Assembly: GCA_002269645.1 (NCBI GenBank)
Contig: NIVC01001431.1
Coordinates: 44,335 to 108,334, forward strand
From: Macrostomum lignano
Lineage: Eukaryota
Length of the DNA: 64,000 bases
Reading direction: 5' to 3'
The translations under genes were made by a program, and so were the position numbers. Shown here piece by piece: positions 11,333 to 24,447 of this stretch (positions within the stretch are counted from its first letter, which is position 1; each line of letters begins with the position of its first letter). Under the pieces are notes generated by a model that searched no databases, had not been told where the DNA came from, and saw nothing but the letters and a program-made list of their open reading frames with translations.

Positions 11333-12436
11333 TGTCAGACTGTCAGAGCGAGATTCCAGACTGTCAGGGTGAGATTCCAGCCTGTCAGAGTGAGATTCCA
11401 GTCTGTTAGAGTGAGATTCCAGACTGTCAGGGTAAGATTCCAAACTGTCATAGTGAGATTCCAGACTGTCAGGCTGAGATTCCAGACTGTCAGGCTGAGA
11501 TTCCAGACTGTCAGGGTGAGATTCCAGACTGTCAGGGTGAGATTCCAGACTGTCAGGGTAAGATTCCAAACTGTCATAGTGAGATTCCAGACTGTCAGGG
11601 TGAGATTCCAGACTGTCAGGGTGAGATTCCAGACTGTCAGGGTGAGATTCCAGACTGTCAGGGTGAGATTCCAGACTGTCAGGGTGAGATTCCAGACTGT
11701 CAGGGTGAGATTCCAGACTGTCAGGGTGAGATTCCAGACTGTCAGGGTGAGATTCCAGACTGTCAGGGTGAGATTCCAGACTGTCAGGGTAAGATTCCAA
11801 ACTGTCATAGTGAGATTCCAGACTGTCAGGCTGAGATTCCAGACTGTCAAGTTGAGATTCCAAACTGTCAGAGGGAGATTCCAGTCTGTTATAGTGAGAT
11901 TCCAGTCTGTCAGAGTGAGATTCCAAACTGTCAGGGGTGAGATTCCAAACTGTCAGGGGTGAGATTCCAAACTGTCAGGGTAAGATTCCAGTCTGTCAGA
12001 GTGAGATTCCAAACTGTCAGGGGTGAGATTCCAAACTGTCAAGGGTGAGATTCCAGACTGTCAGGGTAAGATTCCAAACTGTCTTAGTGAGATTCCAGAC
12101 TGTCAGGCTGAGATTCCAGACTGTCAGGGTGAGATTCCAGACTGTCAGGGTGAGATTCCAGACTGTCAGAGTGAGATTCCAGACTGTCAGGGTGAGATTC
12201 CAGACTGTCAGGGTGAGATTCCAAACTGTCAGAGTGAGATTCCAGTCTGTTAAAGTGAGATTCCAGTCTGTCAGAGTGAGATTCCAAACTGTCAGGGGTG
12301 AGATTCCAAACTGTCAGGGGTGAGATTCCAAACTGTCAGGGATGAGATTCCAAACTGTCAGGGATGAGATTCCAAACTGTCAGGGGTGAGATTCCAAACT
12401 GTCAGGGGTGAGATTCCAAACTGTCAGGGGTGAGAT
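11333..12436. repeat. 21-bp minisatellite (CAGACTGTCAGGGTGAGATTC)
   Basis: About 50 copies. The long ORFs in several frames come from a stop-free unit. Confidence 0.97.
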
Positions 12437-13369
12437 AAATTGTTAGGCAGACTTTTGGAATCATTAAATTAGAAAAAAATTACTTGAAAGTTTCCCTAGT
12501 ACTGATATAATTTAAATATTGCTTTGTTAAGCCAGGCCCTGCCTGAGCAGTGTCTAATATTGACTCATCGACTCATTACCTGCGTACATTCTGCACTAAC
12601 TAATTCAACTAGGGTGGACATTCTTTGTTGTTGTAAAAAATTAATTAAAAGACCGGCGGTTATCGCCTTTATGTACGAGTTTTCTAATTAGGGTAATTAC
12701 TAGTTGTTTCCATAAATAGTAACTATAATATCACCCTCATCTGTTCTGTTTTTTATAACTATTTTTGTAAACAAACATAAATAAAGTATCTCAATATATA
12801 TTTGTCTGTATGTGTGTGTGTGTGTTAATGTTAATGTTTTCAGTTTTACGAGTATTTTGTTGTTGTCTTTGTAACAAAATTAACAGTGAGGTCTTGTGTT
12901 GCACAGTTTCACTGGTTTTTAATCATATAATAATAATATTCGTATAATAGTAATATTATAGCAAGTTCAGTCTAGCAGCTAATCATAATGTATTGCACTT
13001 TTCTTTCTTGCTCTGATAATTCAACTCTACTCTAATAAATAAACCATCTGTTTAAAAGGAGAAACAAAAAATCTGTAACATTTCAAGCACAGTTTAAATA
13101 ATTACCAGTTGGAAATCTGTTTTGTAATGTTTGTTTATTTTTGTTACTTTTTTCTACTTGAGTATGCGTATTGATATAATATATAATTCAATGTAAAGTG
13201 GTTAGGCAGTAATACAATAAAATTAGCGACTTTTACTACTAAGTAGTAATATAACTTAACTTTGTCCCTAATTAAGTGAGTTGATGCTAACTTAAACGAA
13301 CTGATTAATTAACACGTAAGGGGTAAGGGGTGCTATCTTAGAGAGGGCAGAGGGAACGGTGCTAGAGGG

Positions 13370-14655
13370 GAGAAAGGGGACAGGGCTAGAGGGGAGCAGG
13401 GGTGCTAGAGGGAAGCAGGGATGCTAGAGGGAAGCAGGGGTGCTAGAGGGGTACAGAGGGCTAGAGGGGAGCAGGGGTGCTAGAGGGGTACAGAGGGCTA
13501 GAGGGGAGCAGGGGTGCTAGAGGGGGACAGGGCTAGAGGGGAGCAGGGGTGCTAGAGGGGAGCAGGGGTGCTAGAGGGGAGCAGGGGTGCTATCTGGGGA
13601 CAGAGGGCTAGAGGGGAGCAGGGGTGCTATCTGGGGACAGAGGGCTAGAGGGGAGCAGGGGTGCTAGAGGGGGACAGAGGGCTAGAGGGGAGCAGGAGTG
13701 CTATCTGGGGACAGAGGGCTAGAGGGGAGCAGGGGTGCTATCTGGGGACAGAGGGCTAGAGGGGAGCAGGGGTGCTAGAGGGGAGCAGGGGTGCTATCTG
13801 GGGACAGAGGGCTAGAGGGGAGCAGGGGTGCTAGAGGGGAGCAGGGGTGCTATCTGGGGACAGAGGGCTAGAGGGGAGCAGGGGTGCTATCTGGGGACAG
13901 AGGGCTAGAGGGGAGCAGGGGTGCTATCTGGGGACAGAGGGCTAGAGGGGAGCAGGGGTGCTATCTGGGGACAGAGGGCTAGAGGGGAGCAGGGGTGCTA
14001 TCTGGGGACAGAGGGCTAGAGGGGAGCAGGGGTGCTATCTGGGGACAGAGGGCTAGAGGGGAGCAGGGGTGCTATCTGGGGACAGAGGGCTAGAGGGGAG
14101 CAGGGGTGCTAGAGGGGAGCAGGGGTGCTATCTGGGGACAGAGGGCTAGAGGGGAGCAGGGGTGCTAGAGGGGAGCAGGGGTGCTATCTGGGGACAGAGG
14201 GCTAGAGGGGAGCAGGGGTGCTATCTGGGGACAGAGGGCTAGAGGGGAGCAGGGGTGCTATCTGGGGACAGAGGGCTAGAGGGGAGCAGGGGTGCTATCT
14301 GGGGACAGAGGGCTAGAGGGGAGCAGGGGTGCTATCTGGGGACAGAGTGCTAGAGGGGAGCAGGGGTGCTATCTGGGGACAGAGGGCTAGAGGGGAGCAG
14401 GGGTGCTAGAGGGGAGCAGGGGTGCTATCTGGGGACAGAGGGCTAGAGGGGAGCAGGGGTGCTATCTGGGGACAGAGGGCTAGAGGGGAGCAGGGGTGCT
14501 AGAGGGGGACAGAGGGCTAGAGGGGAGCAGGGGTGCTATCTGGGGACAGAGGGCTAGAGGGGAGCAGGGGTGCTATCTGGGGACAGAGGGCTAGAGGGGA
14601 GCAGGGGTGCTAGAGGGGGACAGAGGGCTAGAGGGGAGCAGGGGTGCTAGAGGAG
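13370..14655 (+). repeat. 37-bp G-rich minisatellite (GAGGGCTAGAGGGGAGCAGGGGTGCTATCTGGGGACA)
   Basis: About 35 units, each with four runs of 3 or more G. Confidence 0.95.
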
Positions 14656-16569
14656 GACCTGCTAGAGGGCTCAAGCGTGTTAGATGGGTTGAGACGACAC
14701 ATGGGCTAGGATACTCGTATGATGGAATGTCCTCGTATGGTTTAGACGAGAATGACTGTCTATGGCAGTCACGAGCCAATAGGAAGGAACAGGGGGGAAG
14801 GGGTGCTAAAAGTGAAGATTGAGCGAAGCAAAAATAACTTGCTCAGATTAGCACTCCATTCTATTCTTTCCTCCATGGCCGAGGCCTGGAACAAGTCCGA
14901 AGGTTATGCTTTAGACCATAGACTAATATAAATGAAAATAATTTATTTATACCCCAGTTTTTGCCATGTTAACATAGGAAATTTTAATAATGTCGATTTG
15001 ATGCAGTTCTCGAAAAGACTGGATTGGGTATTTATGATTGAATGAGTGATTGTCTGTAGGTCTACTTGATCTCTTTAATTTTTATCTGCAACATTTTTGA
15101 GTTATTTGCAACACGAGCGACGTATAGTATATAGAAGACAGCATCGGTTTTGAGTCACTAAGTCTTGCTGAAATCGTAGCTGTCTTGAGTGACTTATTAC
15201 CCTTTGGCTCCCCCAACCGACTACAGCGAAGATGAGTAGAGACTCAACGAGATGATTGTGTCTGTTGTGGAATGTGTGTTTGTGGATAGTAGAAATCCTT
15301 TGATCGCAGCTTTTCCAGATAGCTCCAGGATTTCTAGCCTTTTCGCACCGGAGCTAGAAATACAAAAGCTCCGTTCCTGCCGGCATGGTCAGCTGGGCTG
15401 GCCATAGACTATAGCTAGAATCTAATTAATGCGCCACTGTGCAAAGCCTTTCCAGCCGAGAAGGGAACATTTTATACTCGGCTTGGACAAATCTAGTGTC
15501 GAAAAAAGCAGTTTCAAAGTGCATTTCTCCGAATAGATTATTCAGTGTGTACACTCGATATCTGGCTATAGACACTACAGTTCACTTTAAAACAGGCCTT
15601 TGAAGTGAGCACTAGTTTAGTGTTAGGTGCCCCTTTGTCAGCTGTGCCCTGCGCCCTCCTGAGCTGTTGGCTGCCGCTGGCCGCAGCTCTCCCTCCCTCT
15701 CTCCCTCTCCCGCTCTCTCCCTCTCCCGCTCCTCTCTCTCCCTCTCCCTCCCTCGTTGTCCTTTTGTCTGCCTGCGCTCCCTTTTGTCCCCCCTTTTTCC
15801 GGTTCGTTTGCGTTCCCAGCGTCTGAGCTTCTCCGCTCAGCCTGTCCTTGTTTCATTCTTTGTCTGTCTCCATCCCCCCTTTTTGTGTGGCTGCGTTCTC
15901 TTGGCTCGAGTCCAGCCAGTTCTGGCTGTACTCTCTCTGTCTGGCCGTACGGAAGCGGATCACGTGCCCCGGCGCTCTGTCCTTTTCTTGCGCTGCCTTG
16001 TGCAATCTCGGGTGTCAGGCTCTAAATTAGGAATGGCGTCCGTGCCTCTCAAATTGAGGGTTCCGCGCCTGTTTCTAAAAATAGAACTGAATCACGCCAG
16101 ATTGGGGGCAGTGAGAGCGACCTTGCGCACTCTGGCGCAATGGGGTGTTGCACGGTGTGGTGAAATCGATCCGCTACCCTATAAGTACGGGCCTCTCGTG
16201 CCTCTGTTTGCAGTTTATGGCCGCCCGTTAGCGGAGCCCATCCCACGCTAAAAATAGCCCGTTAGCGGGGTCCGCCCCACGGTGGGGTGGGCTCCCTTAG
16301 CGCGGGCCAGCCCACAATTATTAGGATATGCCATTACGGGGCTGTGGAGAAGCAGACTCCAGAACTTGACTCGCATTGGTTGTCAAGATACATGGCACTA
16401 ATTCAAAAAAGAAAAAAAACTCTTTTTTCGGCTCCATTGCGTGAGAACTAAATGCAATGACCTTGCCAGGGCGCTAAAATGGGCGCCGAAAGGCTAAAAT
16501 TGGCGCCGGTAAATTAAAATTGGCGCCCAAAAGTAGCAAGCTGATATATGCTGCCACTTCTACGCCCGT

Positions 16570-19500
16570 TGGCACATTCCAGCGCTGATTAAGGGATCCT
16601 GGCGCCGATTTGGTGATCCTGGCGCCAAATTTGACTTTCGGCGCCAATTTGAGCTTTCCGCGCCAATTTGAGCTTTCCAGCGCCGATTTGAGCTTTCCAG
16701 CGCTGGTCCGGGCTTTTTAGCGCTGTTTTCAGCATTCCGGCGCTGATTTGGCGATACTGGCGCCGATTTGGTGATCCTAGCGCCAAATTTGACTTTCGGC
16801 GCCAATTTGAGCTTTCCGCGCCAATTTGAGCTTTCCAGCGCCGATTTGAGCTTTCCAGCGCTGGTCCGGGCTTTTTAGCGCTGATTTCAGCATTCCAGCG
16901 CTGATTAAGGGATCCTGGCGCCGATTTGGTGATCCTGGCGCCAAATTTGACTTTCGGCGCCAATTTGAGCTTTCCGCGCCAATTTGAGCTTTCCAGCGCC
17001 GATTTGAGCTTTCCAGCGCTGGTCCGGGCTTTTTAGCGCTGTTTTCAGCATTCCGGCGCTGATTTGGCGATACTGGCGCCAAATTTGACTTTCGGCGCCA
17101 ATTTGAGCTTTCCCGCGCCAATTTGAGCTTTCCAGCGCCGATTTGAGCTTTCCAGCGCTGGTCCGGGCTTTTTGGCGCTGTTTTCAGCATTCCGGCGCTG
17201 ATTTGGCGATACTGGCGCCGATTTGGTGATCCTGGCGCCAAATTTGACTTTCGGCGCCAATTTGAGCTTTCCCGCGCCAATTTGAGCTTTCCAGCGCCGA
17301 TTTGAGCTTTCCAGCGCTGGTCCGGGCTTTTTAGCGCTGATTTCAGCATTCCAGCGCTGATTAAGCGATCCTGGCGCCGATTTGGTGATCCTGGCGCCAA
17401 ATTTGACGTTCGCGCCAATTTGAGCTTTCCGCGCCAATTTGAGCTTTCCAGCGCCGATTTGAGCTTTCCAGCGCTGGTCCGGGCTTTTTAGCGCTGTTTT
17501 CAGCATTCCGGCGCTGATTTGGCGATACTGGCGCCAAATTTGGTGATCCTGGCGCCAAATTTGACTTTCGGCGCCAATTTGAGCTTTCCCGCGCCAATTT
17601 GAGCTTTCCAGCGCCGATTTGAGCTTTCCAGCGCTGGTCCGGGCTTTTTAGCGCTGTTTTCAGCATTCCGGCGCTGATTTGGCGATACTGGCGCCGATTT
17701 GGTGATCCTGGCGCCAAATTTGACTTTCGGCGCCAATTTGAGCTTTCCGCGCCAATTTGAGCTTTCCAGCGCCGATTTGAGCTTTCCAGCGCTGGTCCGG
17801 GCTTTTTAGCGCTGATTTCAGCATTCCGGCGCTGATTTGGCGATACTGGCGCCGATTTGGTGATCCTGGCGCCAAATTTGACTTTCGGCGCCAATTTGAG
17901 CTTTCCGCGCCAATTTGAGCTTTCCAGCGCCGATTTGAGCTTTCCAGCGCTGGTCCGGGCTTTTTAGCGCTGATTTCAGCATTCCAGCGCTGATTAAGGG
18001 ATCCTGGCGCCGATTTGGTGATCCTGGCGCCAAATTTGACTTTCGGCGCCAATTTGAGCTTTCCGCGCCAATTTGAGCTTTCCAGCGCCGATTTGAGCTT
18101 TCCAGCGCTGGTCCGGGCTTTTTGGCGCTGTTTTCAGCATTCCGGCGCTGATTTGGTGATCCTGGCGCCAAATTTGACTTTCAGCGCCAATTTGAGCTTT
18201 CCGCGCCAATTTGAGCTTTCCAGCGCCGATTTGAGCTTTCCAGCGCTGGTCCGGGCTTTTTAGCGCTGATTTCAGCATTCCAGCGCTGATTTGGCGATAC
18301 TGGCGCCGATTTGGTGATCCTGGCGCCAAATTTGACTTTTGGCGCCAATTTGAGCTTTCCGCGCCAATTTGAGCTTTCCAGCGCCGATTTGAGCTTTCCA
18401 TCGCTGGTCCGGGCTTTTTAGCGCTGTTTTCAGCATTCCGGCGCTGATTTGGCGATACTGGCGCCGATTTGTGATCCTGGCGCCAAATTTGGCTTTCGGC
18501 GCCAATTTAAGCTTTCCGCGCCAATTTGAGCTTTCCAGCGCTGGTCCGGGCTTTTTAGCGCTGTTTTCAGCATTCCGGCGCTGATTTGGCGATACTGGCG
18601 CCGATTTGGTGATCCTGGCGCCAAATTTGGCTTTTGGCGCCAATTTAAGCTTTCCGCGCCAATTTGAGCTTTCCAGCGCTGGTCCGGGCTTTTTAGCGCT
18701 GTTTTCAGCATTCCGGCGCTGATTTGGCGATACTGGCGCCATTTGGTGATCCTGGCGCCAAATTTGACTTTCGGCGCCAATTTGAGCTTTCCGCGCCAAT
18801 TTGAGCTTTCCAGCGCCGATTGAGCTTTCCAGCGCTGGTCCGGGCTTTTTAGCGCTGATTTCAGCATTCCAGCGCTGATTTGGCGATACTGGCGCCGATT
18901 TGGTGATCCTGGCGCCAAATTTGACTTTCGGCGCCAATTTGAGCTTTCCGCGCCAATTTGAGCTTTCCAGCGCCGATTTGAGCTTTCCAGCGCTGGTCCG
19001 GGCTTTTTAGCGCTGTTTCAGCATTCCGCGCTGATTTGGCGATACTGGCGCCGATTTGGTGATCCTGGCGCCAAATTTGGCTTTCGGCGCCAATTTGAGC
19101 TTTCCGCGCCAATTTGAAGCTTTCCAGCGCTGGTCCGGGCTTTTTAGCGCTGTTTTCAGCATTCCGGCGCTGATTTGGCGATACTGGCGCCGATTTGGTG
19201 ATCCTGGCGCCAAATTTGGCTTTCGGCGCCAATTTAAGCTTTCCGCGCCAATTTAAGCTTTCCAGCGCTGGTCCGGGCTTTTTAGCGCTGTTTTCAGCAT
19301 TCCGGCGCTGATTTGGCGATACTGGCGCCGATTTGGTGATCCTGGCGCCAAATTTGGCTTTCGGCGCCAATTTAAGCTTTCCGCGCCAATTTGAGCTTTC
19401 CAGCGCTGGTCCGGGCTTTTTAGCGCTGTTTTCAGCATTCCGCGCTGATTTGGCGATACTGGCGCCGATTTGGTGATCCTGGCGCCAAATTTGACTTTCG

Positions 19501-21766
19501 GCGCCAATTTGAGCTTTCCGCGCCAATTTGAGCTTTCCAGCGCCGATTTGAGCTTTCCAGCGCTGGTCCGGGCTTTTTAGCGCTGATTTCAGCATTCCGG
19601 CGCTGATTTGGCGATACTGGCGCCGATTTGGTGATCCTGGCGCCAAATTTGACTTTCGGCGCCAATTTGAGCTTTCCGCGCCAATTTGAGCTTTCCAGCG
19701 CCGATTTGAGCTTTCCAGCGCTGGTCCGGGCTTTTTAGCGCTGTTTTCAGCATTCCGGCGCTGATTTGGCGATACTGGCGCCGATTTGGTGATCCTGGCG
19801 CCAAATTTGGCTTTCGGCGCCAATTTAAGCTTTCCGCGCCAATTTGAGCTTTCCAGCGCTGGTCCGGGCTTTTTAGCGCTGTTTTCAGCATTCCGGCGCT
19901 GATTTGGCGATACTGGCGCCGATTTGGTGATCCTGGCGCCAAATTTGGCTTTCGGCGCCAATTTAAGCTTTCCGCGCCAATTTGAGCTTTCCAGCGCTGG
20001 TCCGGGCTTTTTAGCGCTGTTTTCAGCATTCCGGCGCTGATTTGGCGATACTGGCGCCGATTTGGTGATCCTGGCGCCAAATTTGGCTTTCGGCGCCAAT
20101 TTAAGCTTTCCGCGCCAATTTGAGCTTTCCAGCGCTGGTCCGGGCTTTTTAGCGCTGTTTTCAGCATTCCGGCGCTGATTTGGCGATACTGGCGCCGATT
20201 TGGTGATCCTGGCGCCAAATTTGGCTTTCGGCGCCAATTTAAGCTTTCCGCGCCAATTTGAGCTTTCCAGCGCTGGTCCGGGCTTTTTAGCGCTGTTTTC
20301 AGCATTCCGGCGCTGATTTGGCGATACTGGCGCCAAATTTGGTGATCCTGGCGCCAAATTTGACTTTCGGCGCCAATTTGAGCTTTCCCGCGCCAATTTG
20401 AGCTTTCCAGCGCTGGTCCGGGCTTTTTAGCGCTGTTTTCAGCATTCCGGCGCTGATTTGGCGATACTGGCGCCGATTTGGTGATCCTGGCGCCAAATTT
20501 GGCTTTCGGCGCCAATTTAAGCTTTCCGCGCCAATTTGAGCTTTCCAGCGCTGGTCCGGGCTTTTTAGCGCTGTTTTCAGCATTCCAGCGCTGATTTGGC
20601 GATACTGGCGCCGATTTGGTGATCCTGGCGCCAAATTTGACTTTTGGCGCCAATTTGAGCTTTCCGCGCCAATTTGAGCTTTCCAGCGCCGATTTGAGCT
20701 TTCCATCGCTGGTCCGGGCTTTTTAGCGCTGTTTTCAGCATTCCGGCGCTGATTTGGCGATACTGGCGCCGATTTGGTGATCCTGGCGCCAAATTTGACT
20801 TTCAGCGCCAATTTGAGCTTTCCGCGCCAATTTGAGCTTTCCAGCGCCGATTTGAGCTTTCCAGCGCTGGTCCGGGCTTTTTAGCGCTGATTTCAGCATT
20901 CCAGCGCTGATTAAGGGATCCTGGCGCCGATTTGGTGATCCTGGCGCCAAATTTGACTTTCGGCGCCAATTTGAGCTTTCCGCGCCAATTTGAGCTTTCC
21001 AGCGCCGATTTGAGCTTTCCAGCGCTGGTCCGGGCTTTTTAGCGCTGTTTTCAGCATTCCGGCGCTGATTTGGCGATACTGGCGCCGATTTGGTGATCCT
21101 GGCGCCAAATTTGGCTTTCGGCGCCAATTTAAGCTTTCCGCGCCAATTTGAGCTTTCCAGCGCTGGTCCGGGCTTTTTAGCGCTGTTTTCAGCATTCCGG
21201 CGCTGATTTGGCGATACTGGCGCCGATTTGGTGATCCTGGCGCCAAATTTGGCTTTCGGCGCCAATTTAAGCTTTCCGCGCCAATTTGAGCTTTCCAGCG
21301 CTGGTCCGGGCTTTTTAGCGCTGTTTTCAGCATTCCGGCGCTGATTTGGCGATACTGGCGCCAAATTTGGTGATCCTGGCGCCAAATTTGACTTTCGGCG
21401 CCAATTTGAGCTTTCCCGCGCCAATTTGAGCTTTCCAGCGCCGATTTGAGCTTTCCAGCGCTGGTCCGGGCTTTTTAGCGCTGATTTCAGCATTCCAGCG
21501 CTGATTTGGCGATACTGGCGCCGATTTGGTGATCCTGGCGCCAAATTTGACTTTTGGCGCCAATTTGAGCTTTCCGCGCCAATTTGAGCTTTCCAGCGCC
21601 GATTTGAGCTTTCCATCGCTGGTCCGGGCTTTTTAGCGCTGATTTCAGCATTCCGGCGCTGATTTGGCGATACTGGCGCCGATTTGGTGATCCTGGCGCC
21701 AAATTTGACTTTCGGCGCCAATTTGAGCTTTCCGCGCCAATTTGAGCTTTCCAGCGCCGATTTGAG
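16570..21766. repeat. GCGC-rich higher-order satellite, 158-bp unit (8 subunits of 19-20 bp) with 138-bp variants, left arm
   Basis: Unit read directly. Subunits start with (A/G)GCGC. ORFs in the mirror array recur at 158-nt offsets (53148, 53306, 53464). Confidence 0.97.
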
Positions 21767-24447
21767 ATATCTCATAGTATTTTTTTATTCTATTTTGTAT
21801 TTTCATGCACATTAATCATAGTTTTCGTAGCAATGATTTTCATTTTTATCCATTTGGGATTAAAATATCAAAAGTGTCGTTTTTGGACAAATGTTCTAAT
21901 CGTTTATAAAACAAGTCTACTATTAGTATACTCTTGAGCCCCATTCATTGGCAATGGAAATTAATACATCAAAAAGTGACTAAAGTACTTACTACAGCAG
22001 CGATAGCTTTAAAATGATAGTAAGCAACTTCAAATGCTGATTTGGGGATTCTGTCGCGAAATTTGCATGGCTTCCGCGGCGGGTTTATCGTTAAAGATCG
22101 TTTGAAGTTTCGTAGAAAAAAATATTAACACTCTTTCAAATACTATATTATTGCCGAATTAGCCGCTCATATCTAGTTTATCTATTGAATTATTATTAAT
22201 AATAAATACACTGACATATACTGGCCAAACAGGCTTCTTGCCTGAGCCAAGCTTACTTACTTACTATTAGATATACTTGCATACATACAGACACTTCATT
22301 TTTAGTTTCGTGGATAATTATACAGTTACTTGCTTCTGCTTACTTCAATTTTTGGACTCATGTCTGGAAAGCCCTTTTGGAAAATTTAGTATCTAGCCAA
22401 GTTGCAGGTGGGTTTAAATTGTTCGAGCATATATTTATTGCCTTTTTAACTTAAAATATTGAGTTTGCAAATAGTGGATCTTGATCTTTATTTAATCTTC
22501 ATGTTAAAACTTGGCTTATAGTTATAGGGCAAATAAGACACAGCTCTCACAGACATACCTTAAGACCAATTGTGACCAATTATAATAAGGAAATGAGCAT
22601 CATATTATCTATTTAGACATTTTAATAAACTGTGGCCATCTTGGTGTGTGGCCATCTTGGTCATGCACCCCCTGGCCAAGACTTATCACTAATATTAACA
22701 AGATGAATAAGTGGCCCAAAACTATTGCAAGTCAACCAAGGCAATTTTAACTATAAGCTTATGGTTAAAATTGCAAGGCTAAATTGCAATTGCAAGCCTT
22801 GCAAGGCTATACACTATAGTCTATAGGCTATATCTATATTCTTCCATGATATTCATGATTAATTTTTTTCACTTTTTTGTCCTTTTTGAATGCTTTGCCC
22901 TGCAGCCCTTAGAGAACATGCTATACAAAAATAGTATAGGCCTAGTATAGATATTTAGTATATTTGATTCAATAGAATAAGTGGATAAATGCAGGGTGCC
23001 TACACCTTCCTTTATCTCCTTTATCTCCTGGCTTTATTTGGAAGATTTTTGAGACTTTCTCCTTTATTTTAGCCACTTTAGCTCCTAGGATTTTTAGCAC
23101 TTGTATTTAATGTATTGTTAGTGGTAACAGTCCATTTTGGTAACAAGGGAGGAGATATAACAATATGTATCTTAATGTGCTCTAAAAAATAATTTCAAAT
23201 AGTTTTTGAGACAAAAAATAATGTTTTAGGCCTAGACAATGATTTAGCCAACAATGATAAAATTGTTTTAATGTGTTTTGATCAATCTATTTAAATTTCC
23301 AGGTGCGCTTGATACTCAAGATATGTTATGATACAACCTATAAAACTTGTAATTACCAAAGTATTGTGTAATTAGAATTACTTTGAGTTAGAAATGTGAA
23401 ATTTCAGTATTTACTTTAATTTATTTGTCATTAATTACTTTCATTGATCTCTCTAAGTCTCCGCTGTTATATATTCTATCTGTTCAAGTTGAAACAAATT
23501 ACATGTATAATATATCCTAATCAGAAAAAATTGAATGGTAATCAGCAATAAAGTACTAAACAAGTTAATGATTAATTTAATTAATAGTTACTAAAAAATT
23601 AACATAAAGAAAAAGTGCTAAAAGTCATAAATCTGCTTTACCGAAGTGGCTGTTACCAAAGTGGATTGTATTCTTGTTAGTTTAGGGTCCTTTTAAATAA
23701 TCATTCATTTTTAAAAAGACTATTTCATTGACTTGTATTATTTTCTTAGGCAAAGGTTTATATATATGATTAGTTACTAATTAAACAAACTTTAAAGCAT
23801 CAGCCCTAGGTTAGCCACAATATCAGATATGTGGCACTGTGGAGCTAAAAATGTATACATGTAGTTTTTCTCAAGACTGAAAAATTGGCTAGAAAGATGA
23901 TGCAATCAAAGCAGTCAACAAGTAGGCCATAGAATGAAACAACTATGAGAGTACTATGTCCCTTAAGAGCACAACTGGGAGAGTATATGAGAGAGAGCCA
24001 GATAAAGGCTGAGGGGCAGATAAGAGTAGAAAGAAGAATGAATAGGCAATAAGAGAAAGGAAAGGTAAGAGAAAGGATTAAAGAATAGATAAAATATAAA
24101 TATATAAAAATATAATAATTAATACTGAATCTTTTTTCACATACATTGCACTCACACATTTTTATATGCTATAAAGTAGACAAATATATCAGAATAGTAA
24201 TGCATACATAATAAGCTTAAAGTTACTACGTATTGGTTTTGGTAGGTACAAAAGTAATTTATAACAATGATTTACATCAGTGTTTATTCATTATATCATA
24301 CAAATCCAAAGTGTCATTTTTGGACAAATGTGTGTTCAGATATGTATGAATCTGTATGAATAAATACGTCTAATAGTATAATATTGAAGTCATACATACA
24401 TACATACATACTCTTGAATTACAATTTGCATTAAAACATTTCAGGTC

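Noticed and set aside
11279-12323. ORFs of 171-220 aa (LESHPDS, RFQTVRV repeats)
   Set aside because: Translation of a stop-poor 21-bp minisatellite in several frames at once.
15190-15350. LRR-like phrase RLEILELSG...IISLSLY on the minus strand as an upstream PHLPP exon
   Set aside because: Lacks the conserved Asn, has in-frame stops soon after, and no good donor. Too weak to call.
15605-16251. ORFs over the CT-rich stretch and a possible solo LTR
   Set aside because: Low-complexity translation. No TG...CA ends, PBS/PPT or second copy in the window.
16560-21775. Dozens of long ORFs (up to 592 aa) in the GCGC satellite on both arms
   Set aside because: They appear in all frames of one strand because the unit has few stops, and frames switch at subunit indels. 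No sign of a real protein.
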